Shown: in pieces, positions 26,901-38,286 of the stretch | How the letters are laid out: each line of letters begins with the position of its first letter | How positions within the stretch are numbered: position 1 is the first letter of the stretch | NCBI GenBank assembly: GCA_016748015.1 | Contig: JAAOMT010000570.1 | Location: 624,043 to 688,042 of the forward strand | Source: Geosiphon pyriformis uo1 | Taxonomy: Eukaryota; Fungi; Glomeromycota | DNA length: 64,000 nucleotides | Direction of reading: 5' to 3' | Translations under genes and position numbers: made by a program | The notes under the pieces: model-generated | Seen by the model: the letters and a program-made list of their open reading frames with translations, nothing else | Told to the model about the DNA's origin: nothing | The model's database searches: none

Positions 26901-29900
26901 ACACCACGTGTTGTAAGAAGTTCGTAGCACAATTCTGCCAAACCGAGAAGTCGTCCATATTTCGTCTCGAGGGGCTCAGTGGAAGCAATAGCGGCGTGAA
27001 AAGAGCGACTGATGCAATCCAGTACAAATTTTCTCACTTGAAAAATTTCGGGATTGAGTTTTTTATCCTCAGATTCAGTCTGATAACCGCAAAGAGCGAC
27101 AAAGAAAGCTACCGTTAATTTAGATTGTCCGTGGCGCTTGCGCATTTCAATATCATTTGTCTGGGTGATACACCCATAAGGTAATAAATCGTCAAGAAGA
27201 TAATCTATGAGGGCTATGCGGTGTTTTGAAGTTGTGTTGGGACCTGTGCTATTCCTGCGCCGGCAGAGATTAATAACATCAATTTTGCACGAAGGATATG
27301 ATAAAAGAAGCTCTGTAAAACATTGGAGCAAAAAGCACCGAGACAAATAGTCAAGATTGTCCTCAGGTTTGAAATCAATAAGCGGGTTACTGGACGTATT
27401 AAATATAGTGGCCGAAGAAATTTCTTCAATATTTGTGACTCTTTCCGGCTCTAGCTCCTTGTTAGCAGTCACCCCCGAGCTTGATTGCTCACGAATCGAG
27501 ATCAATTCATTTGCAAGAAATTGGACAGGGTTTTCAGGGATTTGTGAGATATGTGTTAACTTTTTTCCTTTTTCTGCTGATGCGGAGGTTGACGGGGTGA
27601 CATCAGCCATTTCTTCCGCGCTTATTGGAACATCTTGTTTTTGATTGGCAGTATTAGTCTCTTCAGCATCTGGGCGAATCACAGTTATTTGGTAGTTTCG
27701 TCCAGAAGAATCATACTTTGTTAATTTACAAACGTTTTTGGTTGATTGTACGAAAACTTGAGGGTCACGTAAGGCGAACTGACTGTTATTTCGAAGATAA
27801 GTATTGATATCAACCACTCTGGGACGGGGATGTGTGAACCAATTTTTGATTTCCCGATCCATTATTGATTCCAACACTTGCGACTCCTCGATAATATGTC
27901 TGAGAATCATAATAATGAAAACTTGTTGACGATGAAAATCATACGCTTTGGTCTTGTATAAATTGAAAAGTACTGAGAGACCATTTCGTTTTACAAATTC
28001 AACAGCATCCGCATGTCGCCGAGTAAGACGCACCAAGATGCGAAGGAGAGCATGCCTGACATCCTTGCCAAACTGGCGTGTTGAAATTAAAGCTAGCGCA
28101 TAGGATAAAAGCGAGGATCTTTGCTCATCTGTGACTGTGACACTACTCATGACAATATCCTCATCTTCCTCTTTAGAGTCTTCAGGTTTGGTATCAAGAG
28201 GAATTAATGTAGGTTCATCAGCTAAAGAAATGAAAGCCTCAATAACTAATAAAGCTGCTGCAAGCCAACTAGACAATTGAGACTCAGAAGACAAAGCAGC
28301 TTCTCCACGGATCAGTTGTAGAACAACCGGAATAATATCAAGGGGTATGGAAGAGATATTGGTTTGTATGCTAGATTCATTCAATAATAGGGCTAAAAGT
28401 CGAAGACGAGAGCCTAGTACTTTGGTGCGCTGAGAATCCGATTGCGATAATTCGGAAGAGATGTCCTCGATACTTTTGAAGACCAACTCCATCGTATTCG
28501 CAAACTTATCTTTACTTAGTAGCACAAATAAATCTCTGACTTCGAAAATTACATCCTCAGTTTGATTCAATAGTTCAAGGGCACGCGGAGCAGCAGTTTC
28601 TTTAACTTCTTCCTGCAATATTTTAAATTGATCAATGATTGATATTTCCTTACCCTTTCCTTTTTCCATTTTTTTGGCAACAGGATCCATTTCCATAGGG
28701 ACAGGTGCACCAGAATTATCAAATGGATTGCCTTGCATTGATAACGCGAGCGCTTGCTCAAGAACACTTTCATCATCGTTAGAAATATTATCATCTTCGG
28801 TACTGGAAGATGAGCCAGTTTGTTCTTGAGTAGTTGGATCCGCTTGAGATTCAGGGGGTGGAGCTTCTTGAGGTGTATCGTTGGCAGTAGTATCATTAGT
28901 ATTTTCAGCTGCTTGAGACGCTTCAGCGGATGCGTGAAGAACGGCCTCTGCTACCATTTCGGGATGGGTGACCAAATATTCAGCAGCTGTATCAGCATGA
29001 TTGTTGCAACGTAACAACGCAGTTTCAGCGGCAGATCGAGGAAAGCCCATGTCAATTAACTGTTGGATTCTTTCTTCATCAGGAACTATGTTTCTTCCGA
29101 ATACATATGGAGTTGTGCTGCTGTTTGTTGACCCCTCGGGACGCTGATTTACTTCTCCTTCTCCTTTTAATATCTGCACCAAGTTTTGAACCACAGATTT
29201 GACTATATTCGGTGGAGCTTTTAGCAGATATGGGCTTTGCCAAAGTTCATTGATTACGGGAAAAATTTTAGCTCTAATGTTTACGAGGAATTCAAAGGGA
29301 TCGAAAAAGTCAGAGTTTGTTCGATCTCGTTCTTTGGAAGTAAGAGTTGAGGTATGAGGAGATTCGTGGAGAAGTTTTGAAGACGCAATGAATTGGAAGA
29401 AGTTTAAGGTGATTTCCAAGCAGCTGTGGATTCTTGCGAGTTTTTCTTTTGATCCGTCATCAGTCTCGGTGGTACATTCTGCCAAGGCGTGAATTCCTTG
29501 GGCTTCCTCCCAGAATTGACGAAGAAGCGCTAAGACGCATTCTAACCCACCAACCCTGTCAAATGAAACAACCAACATGGTCTGAAGTGCCATCTGATTT
29601 CGTTCTTGAGAAAGAAGTATAAAGATAAATTTTATTGGAATCAAATAGAAAATACTTTGCTGCTGAAGAACATTATGGACTTTACCATCCAAGAAAAGTA
29701 GCGACAGTAAACCGAGCATAATGCTGAGGTAACTATAATTGTGGGATGAATCGGACCCACTATCGAGGGCTATATAAGATGGGCGAAAAAAAGCCTTAAG
29801 TGGAATACAATCACAGAAACAGAGCAAAATTATATCCACCTACAATAACGTTTCCATGTCAAATGATCACTAAGAACTTGTGCGATTGCATCAGAAACTT

Positions 29901-32900
29901 TGAAGGCTTGTTTTTTTTGATTGGCATCTGGTGCCTTTCGACTGAAAAGCATTTTTGTCAGGCCTAGGTAATCAAAAGTGGAGTTAAAAAATCACTAAAT
30001 GCAAAAATTTGAAGTAATCAAGTTGAGGCAAATAATATACCTTGAAATAAAGGTGTCAGGCATGATGGAATTTGTGATACCAAGAATTTCAAGCTCTTCG
30101 TATTTTTCACTTGGCGATTAGTGGGATCAACGGGGGGTTCATTGGGATCAGTATTATCCTTTTCACCGTCATCGAAAGATGTCACAAATAGGCTGGATTC
30201 ACCAGGTGTTAATGAAGAAGATTTTCTTAATTTGCTAGGGGAGCTGTACCAAGATTTAGGGACGGCAGATTTCAAAAGAACATTTTCCCATACGCAAACT
30301 CTGCGATACGAATTATAGAAAGGTAAATCAAATTAATAAAAGTTACAGTTGTGAACTAAAAATTAACAAGTGAGCCCTACCGATGTAGCTTTCCGAGTGC
30401 TGGTAAAATTTCTTTGTCTGCCACAAAAGCCTCAATTACGGAGGGCGAGCTTTTACTATGGGAAAATCCGGGGGTATAATAAATGTCTGAAAGCAAACCG
30501 ACAAATCCATACAATGTGACTAAAGACCGGAAGGTCTTGTTAGCTTCCTGCACTTTTTCGGCTTTACTCTCTGTAATGGTATTCATTGATTTATTAGCTA
30601 TTTTTGCGTATAAATATCAAAAAAAAAGGGCAGAAGTGGGATGTTACCTTCCAAATCAATATATTCAACGATGCGTGATTCTTTTGATTCCGTATCTAAA
30701 AAGTCTTGGGCTTCTTTGAGAGCAGTGTTCAGAGAAGAAATAACAGATTTGACAAACGCCTTGGAATCGGTTTCGGCAATGAGTCGCATAGAATTCGATA
30801 AGGCATACGATGCTGGGGTGTTACCGAAATCATAAGGGAGAGTTGGCAGGGAATAAAATTGGATAATGACATCCAGACCATTCTGTTTCAAAAAATCTCT
30901 GCAATGGCTGGAGTTTTGAAAAAGACCATCCAAGAACTTTGTGTCAAAGTAGATTTTCAGTATATTTAGAAAAGGGACACCAAGAGAAGTTAAAATGAGC
31001 GCTTTCGAACAATGTGATATTTTAATTACCTTTACAGCATTTTCAATCAGGGCAACGACAAAATTTTCTTTTTTCTCTTCGGGTTTAGCTGCATCCAAAT
31101 CAGTCATATTGACATCGATCGTATCGGAGCCCGTAGGCTTTGATGTGCTTCCAGCCTGTTCAGATGTTGCAGGGGCAACATGTAATCTGTTGTTATCATC
31201 ATTTATTGGTATTACTGCCCCCTGGCCAATCTCGATAATCCGCTTCAACGTATCCATTATGGCCTCCAAGGCAGTTGGTTTTAAAGTAGGATGATGGCGC
31301 ATTAATTCGTCAATGGAATTTCCTAGGTGAGAGGCAATGTCCCCGTCTTGAATAACTCTAACATGCTCAGTTGAGGTAAAGATCGAGAAAAATTTTACAA
31401 TGGGGTTAGGCTTGGTCTGATTGAATAACTCTAATCCCGAGTTATTGAGGCAAATAGCACCAAAGGCGTTCGGAATTTGCTGGATAACCTATTGTGGTAA
31501 GATATAAGAATAAAGATAGTTTAATATTTCAATTCTTTTTTCATATTACACATTGTGATGATTTCTCATACGTACATCCACCGAAGCCGGGATCTCTGAT
31601 GTGATCGATCGCAAGAAAGTTTGAGGTAACCGAGCTTCTTGCATGATGGGAAGGGAGGTTGGTTCATTATGAATAAAAGTAGCCATCAAATGAATGGCTA
31701 TGGGATTCACAGGTAATGTTTGAAAATAAATATATTGAATTGTCGAACTTGAAATATATATATATATATATTGACTCTCCGGAAAATACTAAACATACCC
31801 AATGCATAAATGCTACTTCCAAATATTGGATGATCGAGAACCCGATTCAGAGATTCTGGCAATGATGTCTCGATCAGATTGCGTAACCCGTCAGCGGTTC
31901 CCGATGTTTGCATCATATGAAGAATAAATTTAAACATTGATTTCAATAAAGATGATCTTTCGTAAGGGAGAATAGGCTCATCTTCTACAAGAAGATTTGC
32001 AGAATTAGTTAAAAAAATGTCTATAAAAATTCAATCCGGGTCAAGCAACATACCTTTTGATGTTGAAGGGTGAGATGTAGAGCGACTTGCAATTGTGACA
32101 TCTTCCATCTGATCACCCTGAATTTGAGTGGCGAATTGCACATCAAAAGTAACTTCGTCCTTTTTAAAGAGCAATTTACTACTTGTTAATATAATACAAA
32201 AATTGGTGAAAATTTCAATACAAATATTTTACCTTGATGCGCTCGACGAGAATGTTCACACCATTTGCGTTGCAGAAAGTTGTAAATGAAGTGCTGAAGC
32301 TATATACAAGACTATCCAAAAGAGACACGGCTTTTGCGACATTCTACGATTTTAAGATATAGAAATTAGTTTGGGTGCAATGAAAAAACAATTCTAGGTT
32401 TTTGATGATTTGACCCTTGCCTTAAGTTGTGATGCTTTCTTATTTGTTAATAATTTGAGGAGGGTTGGAACAATTCCAGCCGATATTACCATTGTCCCCC
32501 CTTGCTGAGTTTGGATTATGTATTGTATGAAAGCAAAGAGGGCATCCAAATACTCTTGCGGCGAGGTAGCTTTGAATGAAAGAGGTATAGCTTAGTTGAG
32601 ATGATGCGAGATCATCGTATTTCAATAATTCGAATTGATTATATTTACGATTCTCGTTTTCCAAATCAGCAACAACTCTTCGCATCACGTATAGAAGTAC
32701 TCCATGATTAGCAGAAGCGTTAATCGCAGTTAAAACCTCACCCAATTTTGAGCGGTAGCGGCTAATGCCGTCAAGCGCATAAAAGGCAACGGTTTGAATT
32801 TCCTGCGGAAAATAAAGATTAGATAAATTCGGTGTTGACTGGACAAGAAAGACAGTAGTGAATTTCACATACAAATGGAACCTTTCGCTCTGGGGTATTT

Positions 32901-34356
32901 TTTTGCTCAGGATGAACCAATTCTGCCAAATTAGCGACAATATCTGGCTCGTAGAGAAAAAGTTTTGTTTGTGCGATATGTTCGGGAACCACGTGTGCTA
33001 TTCATATCAGAAAGAAATTAGAATCATTCAAAATGTAAAATTATATTGATTGATAGATCGATAAATATTGAAAATAACCCATAATAGCAATCGCCAGAAT
33101 TCTGATAATCAACAATTGTCTTCTTTTTTCTTTTGAACTGATCCCCATCACAATCCTTATACGATTTAGAAGTGCGAAATGAAATTCTTCAGGAACATCA
33201 TATTCTTCTACAACATTTTTTAAAATGTCTATAACACTTGTGCCCAACTCGTGAATATTGTTAGCAGATATGATGGTGATTCCTTCACCATTCTTTGCAA
33301 CTGTATTCGAATTACTACTGTCCTTTGTTTTTTGCTTTGGGGTAGGTGTTGAGGAAGCCGCTATTGAGCTGTCGGCTTTTTTGTCGCCGGCTGTCCCAGC
33401 AGCCTCAGCTGGTGTTAAATGCCGATAGAATTGATAAGTCAATGACTTCAATTCTTCTGGAATTATCACGTTATCATAAGCAAGGTCTTTCATTTCTAAA
33501 TCGTAGTCTTTGGTACCCCAACTGTGCCCCAGGGTTAGAATACGATCGTGAGAAATAGAGAAATTTGTACGCATTGCTCTTTGATTACTGAGTCTTTGTG
33601 CAGGTCGAAGAATCAGTCGAAGAAGCGTTTCCAACAAATCTAAATCGGACGTATTTAACAAATCATTGAGGTGCTAGAATACACGAGTGTGTAATAAGGA
33701 AGAGTCGGCCAGGTATGAGCACGCGTTTAAATTCGTTTAAAAATATGATGATCATCATTAAAGACGATGAGTTTACCTCATAAGAGCTATAGAGATTTCT
33801 GTTGGTGCAATTTTCTAACAGTATTCTTGAAAATTTGAGAACTGCCAACAAGATACTGCGCTCTTCAGGGGTGAATTCTTGAGTTTGTAATTTTTTAAGC
33901 TTGTATGTCTGGCAGGTGGTTTCTAGAATCGTATCGAAACGGTTCAAGACACCGATCCAATGAAACAGGTCACCTCGAGGGTAACTCCACTCTTGTTGAG
34001 AAGCTATTATACTCGGTATTTCGTGATCTTGACATTCTGTCAGACGTTGTATGAGGTTTTTGATTGGAGATATCTAGAATGAAAGTATAAATGAAAACGT
34101 TTGAGAGTTAAAGTTTTTGACGAGATTGCAGGAAAGGGGAATCCGTTGCAAATCAGTTGTTAGCCATTTATCACAGTGCCGAAAAAAACAAACAATCGTT
34201 AAAGAATGACGAATGTCAATAGAGGTAAAGACTTTGTTGGGAGCTGCTTGGACGATCAAGCGAAAATATTTTTTGTGTTAATAGTGCTTCACCGCTATGC
34301 TATTATATACTCACTGGAGCTACCAGTTTCTTCGGCGGGGTCTTCTTTATTTTCAT
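20973..34356 (-). CDS. TOM1: HECT E3 ubiquitin ligase Tom1/HUWE1 ortholog, multi-exon. First exon 34356-34315 (MKIKKTPPKKLVAP), exon 2 starts 34073, giant exon ~29604-21171, last exon 21075-20973
   Basis: DUF908-type start WSYPRGDLFHWIGVLNRFD; DUF913-like exons; UBA (QQLIDMGFPRSAAETAL); UIM (LEQALALSM); acidic tract; UBM/DUF4414 repeats (IDPTFLEALPDDLRQEVL); HECT (EEGVDAGGVTREWF...LPSAHTC|FNQLDIPEY...GFGFQ*); canonical GT-AG introns. Confidence 0.96.
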
Positions 34357-34941
34357 TATGGTGCTTGATTGAACAAGCTCTGAGTGGGAGATAAGAGTTG
34401 GATTATCACTGTTTTAAGTTTTTATTCACAAAGGGATATGTTTTTGTGAGATTTAAAGTTCAAGAACCCTAAAAGTATTTTTGAAGAATTAGTTTCCCAA
34501 TCCTTGAGGGCACAGAATAAGGTTAGAAATGATTGATAACCTAGGAAACAGATAGCAATAGCCTAAATAAAGCAAACCGTCGTTGATGACATCACAAGAA
34601 TTGCGTATTACAATTAGGCAAAAGTTTGATGATTGAGACTTTGCGAAGAATGATTTAGCAGAACCGGCGAAGTTAGCATCAATGCCTATTAATCATGCAA
34701 TCCCACTCAGAGTGAATACGTATTAGGAGAGAGGTTGGTACAATGGTACAATAGATGTCTGATACGGATAGCGAATCAGCGGTCAATAGAATTTGAAAAG
34801 GGTAAATTAATAAAGCAATGTGTTTCTTCTTTTGAAGTGTGATCCGAAATTTGATTATTGAATCAAGTCACGTAATCATTGATACGATTTACAAGGATGA
34901 TCAGATAATTGGCATATTAGTTTTATGAGTTTCACTGGTTA

Positions 34942-36973
34942 TTATAGCTTCCGCTTCTTAGGGGTAAGTAGGGTCGGGAATTGATTTATAACTGGGGGAA
35001 CACTTTTACGATTTAAGAAAGCGCGAATAGCAATATCGATAGCTGAAGGCTCAATGGACTGTTTTTCCTACAAAGTGAAAACCATTGGATTTTTGAGTTT
35101 TTCAAAGGCGTTTAAAAGTTTAAAACTCGATTAAAATGATACCGTGTATGGGGTTGATCCCATTAGATAGTCTCCATAAGATAAAGAGCGTAGTCCACTT
35201 TTGATGTCTTGCATTTGTTGATTATCAATTGCTCCCTCTTGATCTTGAAAATATCTTGGAAAATTCGTCCAAAGGTATCTGTGCAGAGTCGCCGGGTCAC
35301 AGGGTATGTTTGAAGTGATTTCCTAATATTTTTGTTTTGATAGAGAACAGATAAGCTAATTGGGCCTAATAAAATAAGTATGATCCGGTAATGGAACTTA
35401 GCCGGTTTTACCTCTGAAGATTTATTTTTCTTGCCAGAAAGGATTGACTGGACAATTTTCAAAAGATTTGGTGAATCCTTTGTACCCCCCTTGTCGGTTT
35501 CTTGGCTGAAAATAGTAGCTTTAATTGGATTGCTTTTTTCATAATCATGGCGAGAATTATTTAAAGCAAAATATGATTATACATTAGCTCGGCGATTTTT
35601 GATATTCGATCATCCTCTGGGGTTTCGGCAATTGTTTGTCTTATAGTTTGCCATACCCATTGAAATTGATTAATGGAATTCCTAATATCACCATGACTCT
35701 CCTCGGCGATAGAATCGGTAAGCATCTTGATAATATCGTCAATGATCCCCATGAGCTCATTGGGATAATGATTTGCCAAAAGTTTTCGCGTTCTACCAAG
35801 TCCCAAGCGGATGTTTTCTTTCGGTATAGGATTGAACCTTGAAATATTTTAAAGTTTATTATAACATAACCCAATCTTGATTTCAAAAGCAATTGATATA
35901 CTTGTTTCATTATGTCCAACCAGATTTCCGTGAAACGATCTTTGTTCATACGAATTTTTTCCGGGAAAATAATTTTACTGGGAACTTCTGTAAGTTTTGA
36001 GAGATTCTTATCAAAATGATCCGAATTGTGTCTATTCAAAATACTTATTAGAGATAAAGTGACTTTAATGTAAAAGTCTAAAATTTAAATTTATTTACCT
36101 AATATAAGAATCACTCTGAATAAAAACCATTGGAAATTTGGCGTCCAAGTCATCAAAGTAGCCCTCGATTAAGAATTCGTGAAATTCATTTCGGGTTCTT
36201 AGATTTGAAAGATCCGGCCATTCTTCCAATAACAGTAATTGTCGAGTTCTAGGTGGATAATGCATATCAGCTTCGAAGCTCAGATAGGTTTTGCATTTAT
36301 TAACGTAGTTTTTGAAGTTATTTAGCACGGGTATATATTCTGAAAGTTAAAGATTAATAGAAAAAAGGTCAGAACTTTGTTTCGTTACTAGAAGAAGTTA
36401 ATAATTGAAAATAATGACACAATTGATCTTGAAGGATTATATATCGGTAGAGGAAAAATGATACTTTAGTAAAATCTATTTACTCCTTCGCATTCCAAGC
36501 GCTTCATGTTCTGGGGTATAATATTCATTTTCGTCTTGAGCACTTTCGTAAGAAGCAATATGAAAATTCATATCATTGGCCAACGCATGAATCACGGCGG
36601 ACTTTCCAGTACCGGTTGGACCACGTAGAAATAAAATTCTTCCACCCTGTTAAAAAAATCATGGTCTCAAAAATTGAGCTTCAGAAATTAATTAAAATTA
36701 TCATCAAAAATGAATAAATTCATACTTGAAGAGATCGAGGCTTATTCTCTTTTTCCATTATCCTGAATGAATATAAAAGCCATTGGCGAATCTCATTACA
36801 TTTATTTGGAGTTATACAAAGCTGTTGCTAAAAATTAATAGTAAAAAAGGCATTTTAGCGACGTGATATAGTAGTAATAAGGGATCTATATCCTTTGCTC
36901 AATAAAGGAAAAGATAATATGAATACCATACAGCAGTTTGGGGTGGAAAAGCATCACACCACAACTCTAACAT
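34942..36973 (-). CDS. rad17: Rad17/Rad24-like AAA+ checkpoint clamp-loader subunit, multi-exon, divergent; start uncertain (an upstream exon near 37141 is possible)
   Basis: Spliced reading: MLELWCDAFPPQTA|QQLCITPNKCNEIRQWL...|GGRIFILRGPTGTGKSA (Walker A)...LLLLEEWPDL (Walker B-like)...SHGDIRNSINQFQ...LHRYLWTNFPRYF...LSYGDYL...IAIRAFL...TPKKRKL*; motif order matches the Rad17 family. Confidence 0.72.
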
Positions 36974-37399
36974 CCTGCTCTTAAAAATTTAATTCCATTA
37001 GCTGTAAAGTTTATAGAGACATAATGAAATTATTAAACTTCAAAAAAGTATCGATATTTTTTAAAACAATTTCTTACTTTCTATAAGAACAATTTTGATA
37101 AGATGGCAAATTTTTGAGAATAGTTTATAATTAGAATTCATTAATGTAATTTATATATCTAAGATCCGATCCTCCTTTTTATATATTTTGCCAACCTTCA
37201 ATTTATTTCGTTCAAGATTTATCTTTTATAATTTGATCCCAATCACTGATATCTAACCTTCCAAGTTATAAATCAAAGGTCCAAGTAATAATGATCATCA
37301 CATGAGGCTGGTCAAACCTGTTTTCAGCCTTGACGGTAACACCAGACTTTGACCCTTCGACTATTTTAGTATTTTTAAATTTGAAATACACATTAATTG

Positions 37400-38275
37400 T
37401 GTAAACACATAATACAAATATAATTGTTACAATATTAATAAATAATTTTTAAGTTTAAACACTTATTTTATTATTTAATTTACATAATAATTTATATTTA
37501 TAAATTAATTTAAAATAATCAACCATTTAAAACAAAGAAGTTACCAAAGTAAAGATTTTTTATTTCTCAAATATTTTATTTAAACTTGTATTTTTACAAA
37601 AAACTCTGAAATTTTTACTTGAAAAAAAAATTTGATAGCAAAAATAGTTTAAAATTAATTATAAAAATTAGATAAACAAAGATAAAAATATAATAAATTC
37701 TAATAACAAAAATTAAACACAATAAAAGTTTAATAATAATACATTATAATTTTTTTTATCAAATAAATACAATTTAATAATATTATAATTTGTAATTAAA
37801 TAAACAAATTAGAAAAAAAATACTTTTAATTATAATATTAAAAACATTATTTTAAAAGCTTAAACAAAAAAAAATTAATTTTTACAATAAAAAACAGAGT
37901 AATTTTGTTTTTATTTATTATAATATTGGTTTTTTATAAGACAACTTTACATAATATTAATCAAAAAATTTATATTAAAAAAAAGTATAATAATATGCTA
38001 AAAACTTTTAAATTTATAAAAATAAAAACATAATTTAATTTTTGAATAAATTAATAATTATTAAATATAAAAATTTAATAGATTATATAATATTAATTTA
38101 AATTTTCAAATTATTTTAGTTTAAATAATAATAAAAACTTTTATTTTTTCAAATTTTTTAAAAAACAATATTTTAAAAAAAGTTTTTTGTTTTTTTAGTT
38201 ATATTTTTTATCATTTTACAAAATACAAATTTATTTATTTAAAAACTGATAACTATTATTAATAATAATATGATT
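37400..38275. other. Hyper-AT eroded repeat relic, probably the target sequence into which LINE C inserted
   Basis: Abrupt loss of G/C after ~37365; joined to 45095+ through the putative TSD of C. Confidence 0.35.
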
Positions 38276-38286
38276 AAAAAAATTTA

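Noticed and set aside
21167-29839. The 2890-aa ORF as a complete protein
   Set aside because: It starts inside an intron (~29770-29843), reads through an in-frame 81-nt intron (29605-29685) and stops in the last intron; it is part of the spliced TOM1 gene.
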